NCBI GenBank assembly: GCA_045545595.1 | Contig: JAZQBG010000004.1 | Span: forward strand, 17,361 to 81,360 | Direction of reading: 5' to 3' | Length of the DNA: 64,000 nt | Source of the DNA: Bacilli bacterium | Lineage (GTDB): Bacteria > Bacillota_I > Bacilli_A > RF39 > UBA660 | The notes under the pieces: generated by a model | Told to the model about the DNA's origin: nothing | What the model saw: the letters and a program-made list of their open reading frames with translations, nothing else | The model's database searches: none | Translations under genes and position numbers: made by a program | In this document: piece by piece, positions 8,920 to 16,297 of the stretch | Numbering within the stretch: position 1 is the first letter of the stretch | Layout of the letters: each line of letters opens with the position of its first letter

Positions 8920-9402
8920 ATGGAATACAGAACGGGTCAATTAATATGGCTTAAAAATATTGATAATTTTTCTGGTCATAAAGTTAAAGAGTCAAGACTA
9001 TGTATTGTTAGAAGAGTATATAACAATTATTTGATTGATTTAAGAACTTTATCAACTATATATTATGATAAAATCAATAAAATTCCAGCACGAAATCTAA
9101 AAGAGGCAAAAAAGGTATTACAAAATTTATTTGAAACGAAAATTAGAGAATCTGGGCAATATGTTATATTTGAACCCGAAAAAGATAATACTATAAATTT
9201 TTCTTTTGCTTTTGGTAATATGATTTCAAAAAAAGTTAATCTTTCAGAGTTTGAGCATGAACCATTATTGGATAAAAATAAAAATCCATTGTTTGTGTCA
9301 GAAGAAAAGGAACTTGAATTATCTTTAAGAGAAGCAGAAGCTATTGCTAAAGATATTGTATATTATTTTAAAATTTCATCAAAGCAATTACAAACTAACT
9401 AA
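8920..9402 (+). CDS. hypothetical protein (160 aa) with possible PemK/MazF-like SH3-barrel N-terminus
   Basis: Begins 4 nt after the upstream stop. N-terminus TGQLIWLKNIDNFSGHKVKESRLCIVRR loosely resembles the GDIxxVxF...RPxLV pattern of MazF-fold toxins. Confidence 0.3.
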   Translation: MEYRTGQLIWLKNIDNFSGHKVKESRLCIVRRVYNNYLIDLRTLSTIYYDKINKIPARNLKEAKKVLQNLFETKIRESGQYVIFEPEKDNTINFSFAFGNMISKKVNLSEFEHEPLLDKNKNPLFVSEEKELELSLREAEAIAKDIVYYFKISSKQLQTN

Positions 9403-9439
9403 AATCAAGTATTTGCAATTTAAATGCTTGATTTTTATT

Positions 9440-9500
9440 TTATCCACAAAATTGTTGATAATTAAAGTCTTTTGTTAAATTTTTGTTGATATTATAAGTG
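9440..9500 (+). repeat. cassette-boundary composite repeat R3
   Basis: TTATCCACAAAATTGTTGATAA, then TTAAAGTCTTTTGTTAAATTTTTGTTGATATTATAAGTG. Preceded by a hairpin plus T-run (9405-9435). Confidence 0.9.
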
Positions 9501-9516
9501 AACACTTATTCCTGTG

Positions 9517-9545
9517 TTGTTTTTCACTTGTTTTTATGATATAGT
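9517..9545 (+). promoter_or_regulatory. cassette-internal promoter (extended -10)
   Basis: TTGTTT-17 bp-TATAGT with TGa upstream. Homologous to the 8684-8712 promoter/leader. Confidence 0.5.
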
Positions 9546-9554
9546 TTATGTGAG

Positions 9555-9734
9555 GTGGAATGGTATGGGGTTATTAAAAAAGTTGCCGGAAGGATTTATA
9601 AAAAAAATAGAATCAAAGTTTCTTCTAGGAAAAATATTGATGATGAAATAATACCAATAAAATGGTCCAAAGATGTCATAAGTGGAAATAAAAAAGCAAT
9701 TGTTAAGTTGGCTAAAGAAGCAAGGAATAAGTAG
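9555..9734 (+). CDS. small basic hypothetical protein (59 aa, GTG start), antitoxin-like position
   Basis: Frame open from GTG 9555 to TAG 9732-9734 (...IPIKWSKDVISGNKKAIVKLAKEARNK). Below the ORF-track size cutoff. Weak SD. Confidence 0.3.
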   Translation: MEWYGVIKKVAGRIYKKNRIKVSSRKNIDDEIIPIKWSKDVISGNKKAIVKLAKEARNK

Positions 9735-9777
9735 TTAGTTTTTAATTACTTATTTTTATTATGTCAGGAGGAATTAT

Positions 9778-10065
9778 ATGTGTAAAATAGGAGATATAAT
9801 TGTAATTAAAAGTTATATTGGTGATGATAGTAAAGTAATTACACAACATTCTTTTATAGTAATTGATGATACACCAAGTCAAATTGGTGGATTAAATTAT
9901 GATTTAGTAACAAATGTTATGTCTAGTCTTAAAAATGAAAAGCATAGAGCAAAAAAATTAAAATTTAAAGAAAATATAGAAATTAAAAGTGATGATCTTA
10001 TCTCTATTTATAAGAATAATAAAATTAGTGATGATATACTTATGGGAGGAGTTAAATGTGAATAA
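9778..10065 (+). CDS. hypothetical protein (95 aa), possible PemK/MazF-fold toxin-like protein
   Basis: SD AGGAGG at 9766-9771. N-terminus KIGDIIVIKSYIGDDSKVITQHSFIVID resembles the MazF/PemK N-terminal strand pattern. Overlaps the next gene start (GTGA). Confidence 0.35.
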   Translation: MCKIGDIIVIKSYIGDDSKVITQHSFIVIDDTPSQIGGLNYDLVTNVMSSLKNEKHRAKKLKFKENIEIKSDDLISIYKNNKISDDILMGGVKCE

Positions 10066-10987
10066 ATCTTTAATTAAAAATGAAGAATTACTCGGTAATT
10101 ATTATAATGAGATTAAAAATAAATTAATTGATAATGAGATATATTTAAAAGTAAAAGATTATTCAAAGGAAAGAAATAAAGTTATTACATATTTTGAAAC
10201 AGGTAAACTTTTATTTGAAGCAGGGAGTGTTTATGGAGAAGACATAATTGGACAATATTCAAAAAAATTGATGATTGAAGTAGGTAAAAAATATAATAGA
10301 AGAACTTTATTTAGAATGAGGCAGTTTTATATGGTTTTCAGCAACTCAAAAGTGTCGACATTGTCGACACTTTTGAGTTGGAGTCACTATACAGAATTAT
10401 TATCTATTAAGGATGAAAATAAACTATATTATTATTTAAATATTTCTATAAGTCAACATATTGATGTTAGAGGTTTAAGAGAAAGAATTAAAAACAAGGA
10501 ATATGAAAGATTACCAGAAAAAACAAAAAATAAATTAATTTATAAAGAAGAATCAAAAGTAGATGATTTGATTAAGAATCCAATAATTATTAAAAATAGT
10601 AATAATTATGAAACAATATCAGAGAAAATATTACAAAAATTAATATTAGAAGATATACCATCATTTTTAGATGAGTTAGGTGATGGATTTACATTTATTA
10701 GAAATGAATATAAGATTAAGTTAGGAGACAAATATAATTATATTGATTTACTTTTATATAATATTAAATATAAGTGTTATGTAGTTATAGAATTAAAAGT
10801 AACTGAACTTAGGAAAGAACATATAGGACAAATTCAAACTTATATGAATTATATTGATAAAAATATAAAGACTATAAATGAAGATAAAACTATAGGAATA
10901 ATAATAGTTAAGAAAGATAATAAGTATATTATGGAATACTGTAGTGATGAAAGAATTATATCTAAGGAATATGAGTTAGTGAGCTGA
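10058..10987 (+). CDS. YhcG/DUF1016-family PD-(D/E)XK nuclease, paralogue 2 (intact, divergent)
   Basis: GTG 7 nt after GGAGGA. Motifs LSWSHY, GDGFTFIRNEY and D...VIELK. Confidence 0.75.
   Translation: MNKSLIKNEELLGNYYNEIKNKLIDNEIYLKVKDYSKERNKVITYFETGKLLFEAGSVYGEDIIGQYSKKLMIEVGKKYNRRTLFRMRQFYMVFSNSKVSTLSTLLSWSHYTELLSIKDENKLYYYLNISISQHIDVRGLRERIKNKEYERLPEKTKNKLIYKEESKVDDLIKNPIIIKNSNNYETISEKILQKLILEDIPSFLDELGDGFTFIRNEYKIKLGDKYNYIDLLLYNIKYKCYVVIELKVTELRKEHIGQIQTYMNYIDKNIKTINEDKTIGIIIVKKDNKYIMEYCSDERIISKEYELVS
10342..10380. repeat. perfect 39-bp palindrome inside DUF1016 paralogue 2
   Basis: CAACTCAAAAGTGTCGACA-T-TGTCGACACTTTTGAGTTG. The 19-bp arms were checked base by base. Encodes NSKVSTLSTLLSW. 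Confidence 0.95.
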
Positions 10988-11001
10988 GTAATCAATTTTT
11001 T

Positions 11002-11064
11002 TTATCAATAAATATATTGATAATTAAAGTCTTTCGTTAAAATTTTGTTGATATTATTAGTGAT
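11002..11064 (+). repeat. cassette-boundary composite repeat R4 (variant dyad)
   Basis: TTATCAATAAATATATTGATAA (both arms changed but still perfectly symmetric), then TTAAAGTCTTTCGTTAAAATTTTGTTGATATTATTAGTGAT. Confidence 0.9.
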
Positions 11065-11096
11065 GATATTTTAATTATTATTGTAATATTTAAATA

Positions 11097-11122
11097 AATT
11101 TTGCAGATGTGTCTGCAAAATT
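11097..11122. repeat. isolated hairpin upstream of the decayed DUF1016 paralogue 3
   Basis: AATTTTGCAGA-tgtg-TCTGCAAAATT, an 11-bp stem. Its core TGCAGA/TCTGCA matches the intragenic hairpin of paralogue 1. Confidence 0.85.
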
Positions 11123-11124
11123 AG

Positions 11125-11995
11125 AAAGAGGAAAATAGGTTAGAAACTACTGATAAAAATTTTAAAATTATTATACATGATATTGCTAATAAAATCAAAA
11201 ATACTCAATTAGAAATATTTCAGAATGCCAATGCAAGTGTATTAGAACTTTATTTTTATATTGGGAAAATGATAGATGAAAAATTTGAATGGGGGTAATA
11301 AGTTTGTAGAACATTTATCGATAGAATTAAAATTAAGATTTCCAAATGCAAAAGGTTATTCACCAAGAAATCTCCGTAATATGAGAAAGTACTATTTATC
11401 AGTAAAAGATAATAGTGAATTAAAAGAAATTTCATTTAAAATACCTTGGTCTCACAATACAATAATAATGGATAGAGTTAGAGATGATAATAGAAAAATA
11501 TGGTATATACAACAAACATATAATAATGGATGGAGTTATGATTATTTAGAAGTTCAAATAAAACGAGACGCATATTCGAGACAGGTTTTAGAGGATAAAC
11601 CTAACAATTTCAAATTAACGTTGTTACAACCACAAAGCTCTTTGGCAAAAGAAATCATGAAGGATCCATATTTTGATGTGGGTGAGTTAAGAGAAAATTT
11701 TGTGGAAAAGGACATTGAAAGTGCGATGGTAGAAAAAATTAAAATTACATTATTAGAATTAGGTAATGGATTTAGTTTTATATCTAATCAATATAGGGTC
11801 ACAATAAATGATGAGGAAAACTTTATTGATTTATTATTCTATTATACAAAGTTACATTGTTATGTTGCAGTTTAATTAAAAAACAATAAATTTATACCTG
11901 AATATGCTGGCAAAACGAATTATTATTTGTCTGCATTAGATGATAATTTAAAAACAGAATATAATAATCCTTCCATTGGAATTATACTAGTTAGA
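11125..11995 (+). pseudogene. YhcG/DUF1016 nuclease paralogue 3, decayed
   Basis: No start codon. +1 frameshift at the G5 run 11291-11295 (EWG|NKF). In-frame TAA at 11873-11875 where paralogues have the Glu of ELK. The 3' end is replaced after ...SIGIILVRNK. Confidence 0.8.
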
Positions 11996-12042
11996 AATAA
12001 ATTGACTTTATTAAAATATTTATTAGATTGGAGGGTTAGAAA

Positions 12043-12945
12043 ATGAAAAGTGATGTAGTAACAACTGAAATAATTGTCAAAGAAAATAAAGTCGGAATTT
12101 TAAAAGTTGGAAATGTTAATTACATCTCGCTAACAGATTTAGCAAAATATCAAAATTCTTCTGATCCATCATTTACAGTTAAAAATTGGTTAAGAAGAGT
12201 AACTACTATAGATTATGTTGGTCTTTGGGAACAAATACATAATGTGGATTTTAATTTGGTCGAATTCGACCAAATTAAAACAGAGTATGGTAAAAATTCA
12301 TTTGCAATGTCTCCAACTCAATGGATAAAAAGAACTAATGCAATTGGTATAATATCAAAAGGTGGGAGATATAGTATTGGAACATATGCTCATCCAGATA
12401 TAGCTTTTGAATTTGCTAGTTGGTTGTCTCCTGAATTTAAGTTATACTTAATTACTGAGTTTGAAAGATTAAAAGTAAATGAGGCATATCAACAAAAGGT
12501 TGATTGGCAAGCTAATCGAATACTTTCAAAATTAAATTATGTAGTTCATACGGATGCAATAAAAGAATACATAGTGCCAACACTTACTGAAAAACAAATT
12601 AAATCAATTTATGCAGAAGAAGCTGATGTTTTAAATGTTGCATTGTTTGGAACTACTGCTAAGGAATGGAGAGACGCAAATCCAGAACTTGCTAAAAGAG
12701 GAAATATTAGAGATTATACTGATTTACTTCATCTAGTTATTTTAAATAATTTACAAAATACTAATGCAGAATTAATAGAAAATAATATTCCACAAAGAGA
12801 AAGATTGATTAGACTAAATAATTCCGCAAAAAGACAAATGAAGTCTTTACAAAATAATAAAAATATACGTGAATTACAAAAACTAAAAGAACAAGTAAAT
12901 AGTGAAAAATATTTATTAGAATCATTAAAACATAAAATTGAGTAA
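12043..12945 (+). CDS. KilA-N domain protein, paralogue 1
   Basis: SD GGAGGG. KilA-N-like N-terminus (NYISLTDLAKY...AHPDIAFEFASWLSPEFKLYL). About 55-60% identical by eye to ORF 46708-47571. Confidence 0.7.
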   Translation: MKSDVVTTEIIVKENKVGILKVGNVNYISLTDLAKYQNSSDPSFTVKNWLRRVTTIDYVGLWEQIHNVDFNLVEFDQIKTEYGKNSFAMSPTQWIKRTNAIGIISKGGRYSIGTYAHPDIAFEFASWLSPEFKLYLITEFERLKVNEAYQQKVDWQANRILSKLNYVVHTDAIKEYIVPTLTEKQIKSIYAEEADVLNVALFGTTAKEWRDANPELAKRGNIRDYTDLLHLVILNNLQNTNAELIENNIPQRERLIRLNNSAKRQMKSLQNNKNIRELQKLKEQVNSEKYLLESLKHKIE

Positions 12946-12959
12946 TCAGTTTTTTTCTT

Positions 12960-13022
12960 TTATCCACAATTTTGTGGATAATTAAAGTCTTTTGTTAAAA
13001 TTTTGTTGATATTATTAGTGAT
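12960..13022 (+). repeat. cassette-boundary composite repeat R5 (perfect dyad)
   Basis: TTATCCACAATTTTGTGGATAA, then TTAAAGTCTTTTGTTAAAATTTTGTTGATATTATTAGTGAT. The spacer is ATTT instead of AAAT. Confidence 0.9.
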
Positions 13023-13041
13023 AGTAATGGAGATGGAACTT

Positions 13042-14038
13042 ATGATACAAGAAGATTTTAAAAATGTAATTTGTAAAATTAAAAATGAAATAAAAACTAG
13101 TCAAGTAAAAACTATGTTAGAAGTAAATAAAAATTTAATTGTGCTTTATTTTAGAATTGGAAAAATTATCTCAGAAAACAGTAACTATGGAAATAAATTT
13201 ATTGAAAATATTTCTAGAGAAATAAAATTAGATTTTTCATATTTAAAAGGATTTTCGCCTAGAAATTTAAGAAGTATGAAGTTATTTTATCAAGAATACA
13301 AGGATGATGAGATTCGGCAACAGCTTGTTGCCAAATTACCATGGGCATAATTTATTTCTAATTGAAAAATTTAAGGATAAGAAAATAAGAAAACTTTATG
13401 TAGAAAAAACAATAGAAAATGGATGGAGTAGAAATGTGTTGGCATTTCAGATTGACACTAAATATCATTTAAGAATTGGAAATAGTTCTAATGATTTTGA
13501 TAATACTATTCCTAGCATTGATACTGACTTAGTTAATAATATAATCAAGGATCCATATATTTTTGACTTCATATCCTTAAAAGAGAATTTTAAAGAAAAA
13601 AAATTAGAAACTGCCATGGTAAACAGAATACGTGATGTATTATTAGAATTAGGTAATGGATTCTCTTTTATTGGAAATCAATATAAGATAACATTAAGAG
13701 ATAATGATTATTACATAGATTTATTATTTTACCATTTAAAACTTAGATGTTATATCTTGATTGAATTAAAAGCAACATGTTTTATTCCAGAGTATGTTGG
13801 AAAACTGAAATTTTATTTATCGATAGTTGATGATGTTATAAAAAATGAAAATGATAATCCTTCTATTGGTCTAATACTGTGTAAAGATAAGGACAAAATT
13901 ACAGCACAGTATGCACTAAAAGATATTGGTAATCCGATTGGCGTAAGTTCATATGAGGTAAACAACCTAATTCCTACAGAAATATTGGATAAATTAACAA
14001 CTGAAGAAGATATTAACATGTATGTGGATATTAAATAG
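13042..14038 (+). pseudogene. YhcG/DUF1016 nuclease paralogue 4, frameshifted
   Basis: Two overlapping ORFs (13003-13350 and 13304-14038). The frame is lost in CCATGGGCATAAT, where PW(G/S)HN is expected. Otherwise close to paralogue 1. Confidence 0.75.
13316..13332. repeat. intragenic hairpin in DUF1016 paralogue 4
   Basis: GGCAACA-gct-TGTTGCC, ending 9 nt before the Trp codon and about 12 nt before the frameshift. Confidence 0.8.
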
Positions 14039-14055
14039 CTTTAATATTTTTTCTT

Positions 14056-14077
14056 TTATCCACAAAATTGTGGATTA
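14056..14077 (+). repeat. terminal dyad R6 (palindrome only, no constant block)
   Basis: TTATCCACAAAATTGTGGATTA. The sequence then diverges from the other repeats. Confidence 0.8.
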
Positions 14078-14116
14078 TTAAAAATTATAATAAACCGGCA
14101 GCCAATACGAACAAAA

Positions 14117-14170
14117 AACAAAATCGACCGGTTTTCTAACAAAATCGACCGGTTTTCTAAAGAAATCGAC
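14117..14170 (+). repeat. tandem 21-bp direct repeats (2.5 copies) upstream of the AlbA_2-type pseudogene
   Basis: ACAAAATCGACCGGTTTTCTA occurs twice, followed by AAGAAATCGAC. Relatively GC-rich, and contains the palindrome ACCGGT. Confidence 0.8.
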
Positions 14171-14216
14171 ATTATTCTTATTAATATAATATACAATAAT
14201 AACAATGGAGGTGCTT

Positions 14217-15653
14217 ATGCAATTAAAAGATTATGAAAAAGTCGAAAGTTCAAATATAGACTTTAAAGAGAAAGTAGAATGTAGTAAACCTAAGAGTTGG
14301 TTAAAATCAGTATCAGCTTTTGCTAATACTAATGGTGGTATTTTATTGTTTGGAGTAAGGGACACTGATTTAAAACCAGTAGGATTAAAGAATATCAATG
14401 AAGATTCCGAAAAAGTTTCTAGATTAATAAACAATAAAATAGTTCCTCTACCAAGATATGAATTAAACACATTTACTGAGGATAATAAAGATTTTATGGA
14501 AATAAAAATTGGCGATGGACCTAGAACCCCATAATATTATGATTCAGATGGTCGAAAAGAAGCATTTATTCGTTCTGGTAATGAAAGTATAACCGCTCCT
14601 AAACATATTTTGGATAACTTGATATTAAAAGGTGAAAATATAACGTATGATGAATTACCTAGTAAATATATGATAGAAGATGTTAGTTTTACATTATTAA
14701 ATGCAACTCTAAAAAAAGAAACAAGAAAAGAAATAAATAAGGATAAAGATTTTATTTCACTAGAATTAATAACAAACGATGGAAAGGTAACGAATGCAGG
14801 ATTACTATTATCTGACCAAGGATTTTTAACTCAATCTAGAATTTTTTGTACTAGGTGGAAAGGATTAATAAAAGGGTCTATATCAGGTGATGCAATAGAC
14901 GATAAAGAATACACAGGAAGCATAATTTCATTACTAGAAAATGCAGAAACTTTTATAAAGAACAATTCAAAAATTAGTTAGGAAATTCAAGGAATGAAAA
15001 GAGTAGAAAAAGAAGATTATCCACTAAGAGCAGTAAGAGAAGCAATGGTCAATGCTATTATTCATAGAGATTACCAAATAATTGGTTCAGAAATTCACAT
15101 AAATATGTTTGATAATAGGCTTGAAATAACATCTCCAGGTGGTATGATAGATGGTAGTTTTGTACAAGATTTAGACATTACAAAAGTATCATCTATTAGA
15201 ATAAATAGAATAATATCAGATATATTTAATAGATTAAATTTTATGGAACGTAGAGGAAGTGGATTAGTAAGAATTGTAGAATCTTATAGTGATACATCAT
15301 TAAAGCCAAGTTTCAATTCAGATATTTCTTCATTCAAAGTTGTTTTTCCAAATAAAAGTTATAATAACACTATAATATCGAACAATATTATTTCAAATGA
15401 AAATATAGTTAATGATGAAGATTATTTCATATTAAAAATGTATAAAAACTTGCCTAAAAATATAAGAAAAAACACATTTGAACAAATTAAAAAAATATTT
15501 CAAAAATATAACTATAAATACAGTTTTAAAAGGGAAGATATTGAAATTTTATTAAACGTAAAGAAAACAAGAGCGATAGATATTATTTCATTAATGAATG
15601 AGAATGATCTAATAGACACTTTAGAACAAACAAAATATAAATTTAAAAAATAA
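14217..15653 (+). pseudogene. AlbA_2 (divergent AAA/Schlafen-like) + HATPase_c_4 putative DNA-binding regulator, with two in-frame stops
   Basis: Three collinear same-frame ORFs separated by TAA 14532-14534 and TAG 14979-14981. Motifs FKE...SAFANTNGGILLFGV and AVREAMVNAIIHRDY. Confidence 0.7.
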
Positions 15654-15713
15654 GAGGCGATTTTTTCAAAATGGCCTCTTATATATTGATAAATATTTTT
15701 GAACAATATTCTA

Positions 15714-15742
15714 TTGAATAAATATTTAAAATAATATATACT
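15714..15742 (+). promoter_or_regulatory. promoter restarting the tadE-like/tadZ-like genes after the insertion
   Basis: TTGAAT-17 bp-TATACT. Confidence 0.45.
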
Positions 15743-15797
15743 AGTTATATAAAGAATACAAGGGATAGTGTGTCCTTTTTAAGGAAGATGATGTTTA

Positions 15798-16265
15798 GTG
15801 AGAGAAGCTATTGGTAGTACATTTTTATTTAATATAATGATAGTATTCATTTTCTTTTTTTCTGCGTTTTTAGCAATAGCTATAAATTATTCACAAGCTT
15901 TTAGAGTTAAAAATCAAATTATAAATTATATAGAACAATATGAAGGGATGAATGAAAAATCAGAACAAGAGATCGTTGATTATATAAGAAACTCTGGATA
16001 CCACAGAGACATTACATGTGATTGTGACACAGGTGGTTCTGGTGGGAATTATAGTTGTGGTAATACAAATGATGATAGAAATGGAGCAAAAGTAAAGTTG
16101 GATAGTGGTAATGAAGCAAAAGGATTATGTATCCGCAAATTAAAAAATGCCAATGATGATACATATTATCGTGTTACAACATTTGTAAAATTTAATTTAC
16201 CTCTAATTGGAGATTTCTTTACTTTTGAAGTAAAAGGCGAGACAAAAATAATAACTAATGATTAA
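15798..16265 (+). CDS. TadE/pseudopilin-like protein (155 aa)
   Basis: Leader MREAIG followed by a hydrophobic helix (STFLFNIMIVFIFFFSAFLAIAI). Same leader style as the 70-aa pilin. Cys-rich ectodomain. Confidence 0.45.
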   Translation: MREAIGSTFLFNIMIVFIFFFSAFLAIAINYSQAFRVKNQIINYIEQYEGMNEKSEQEIVDYIRNSGYHRDITCDCDTGGSGGNYSCGNTNDDRNGAKVKLDSGNEAKGLCIRKLKNANDDTYYRVTTFVKFNLPLIGDFFTFEVKGETKIITND

Positions 16266-16297
16266 TTAATTTAAAATAGATAGAACGTGGTGAAACT

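Noticed and set aside
9565-9734. Frameshift or phase variation at the A8 run (9600-9607) in the small ORF of cassette 3
   Set aside because: Reading from GTG 9555 gives an uninterrupted 59-codon ORF through the A-run, so no frameshift needs to be invoked. The ATG-9565 frame is simply a short alternative ORF.
12043-12945. Prophage, suggested by KilA-N (two copies), a Bro-N protein and a serine recombinase
   Set aside because: No capsid, portal, terminase, tail or lysis genes occur anywhere in the window. These DNA-binding domains are also common in islands and defence loci.
7486-14077. CRISPR array, suggested by the regularly recurring repeat
   Set aside because: The repeats are 1.1-2 kb apart and separated by full genes with promoters and terminators. 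There are no short uniform spacers and no cas genes.
7486-14077. Chromosomal replication origin (oriC), because of perfect DnaA boxes (TTATCCACA)
   Set aside because: The boxes occur one dyad per 1-2 kb, not clustered within a few hundred bp. They are part of a duplicated repeat unit, and R4 keeps the dyad but not the DnaA-box sequence. No dnaA/dnaN or AT-rich unwinding element context is present. DnaA binding or titration remains possible and is listed under the array finding.
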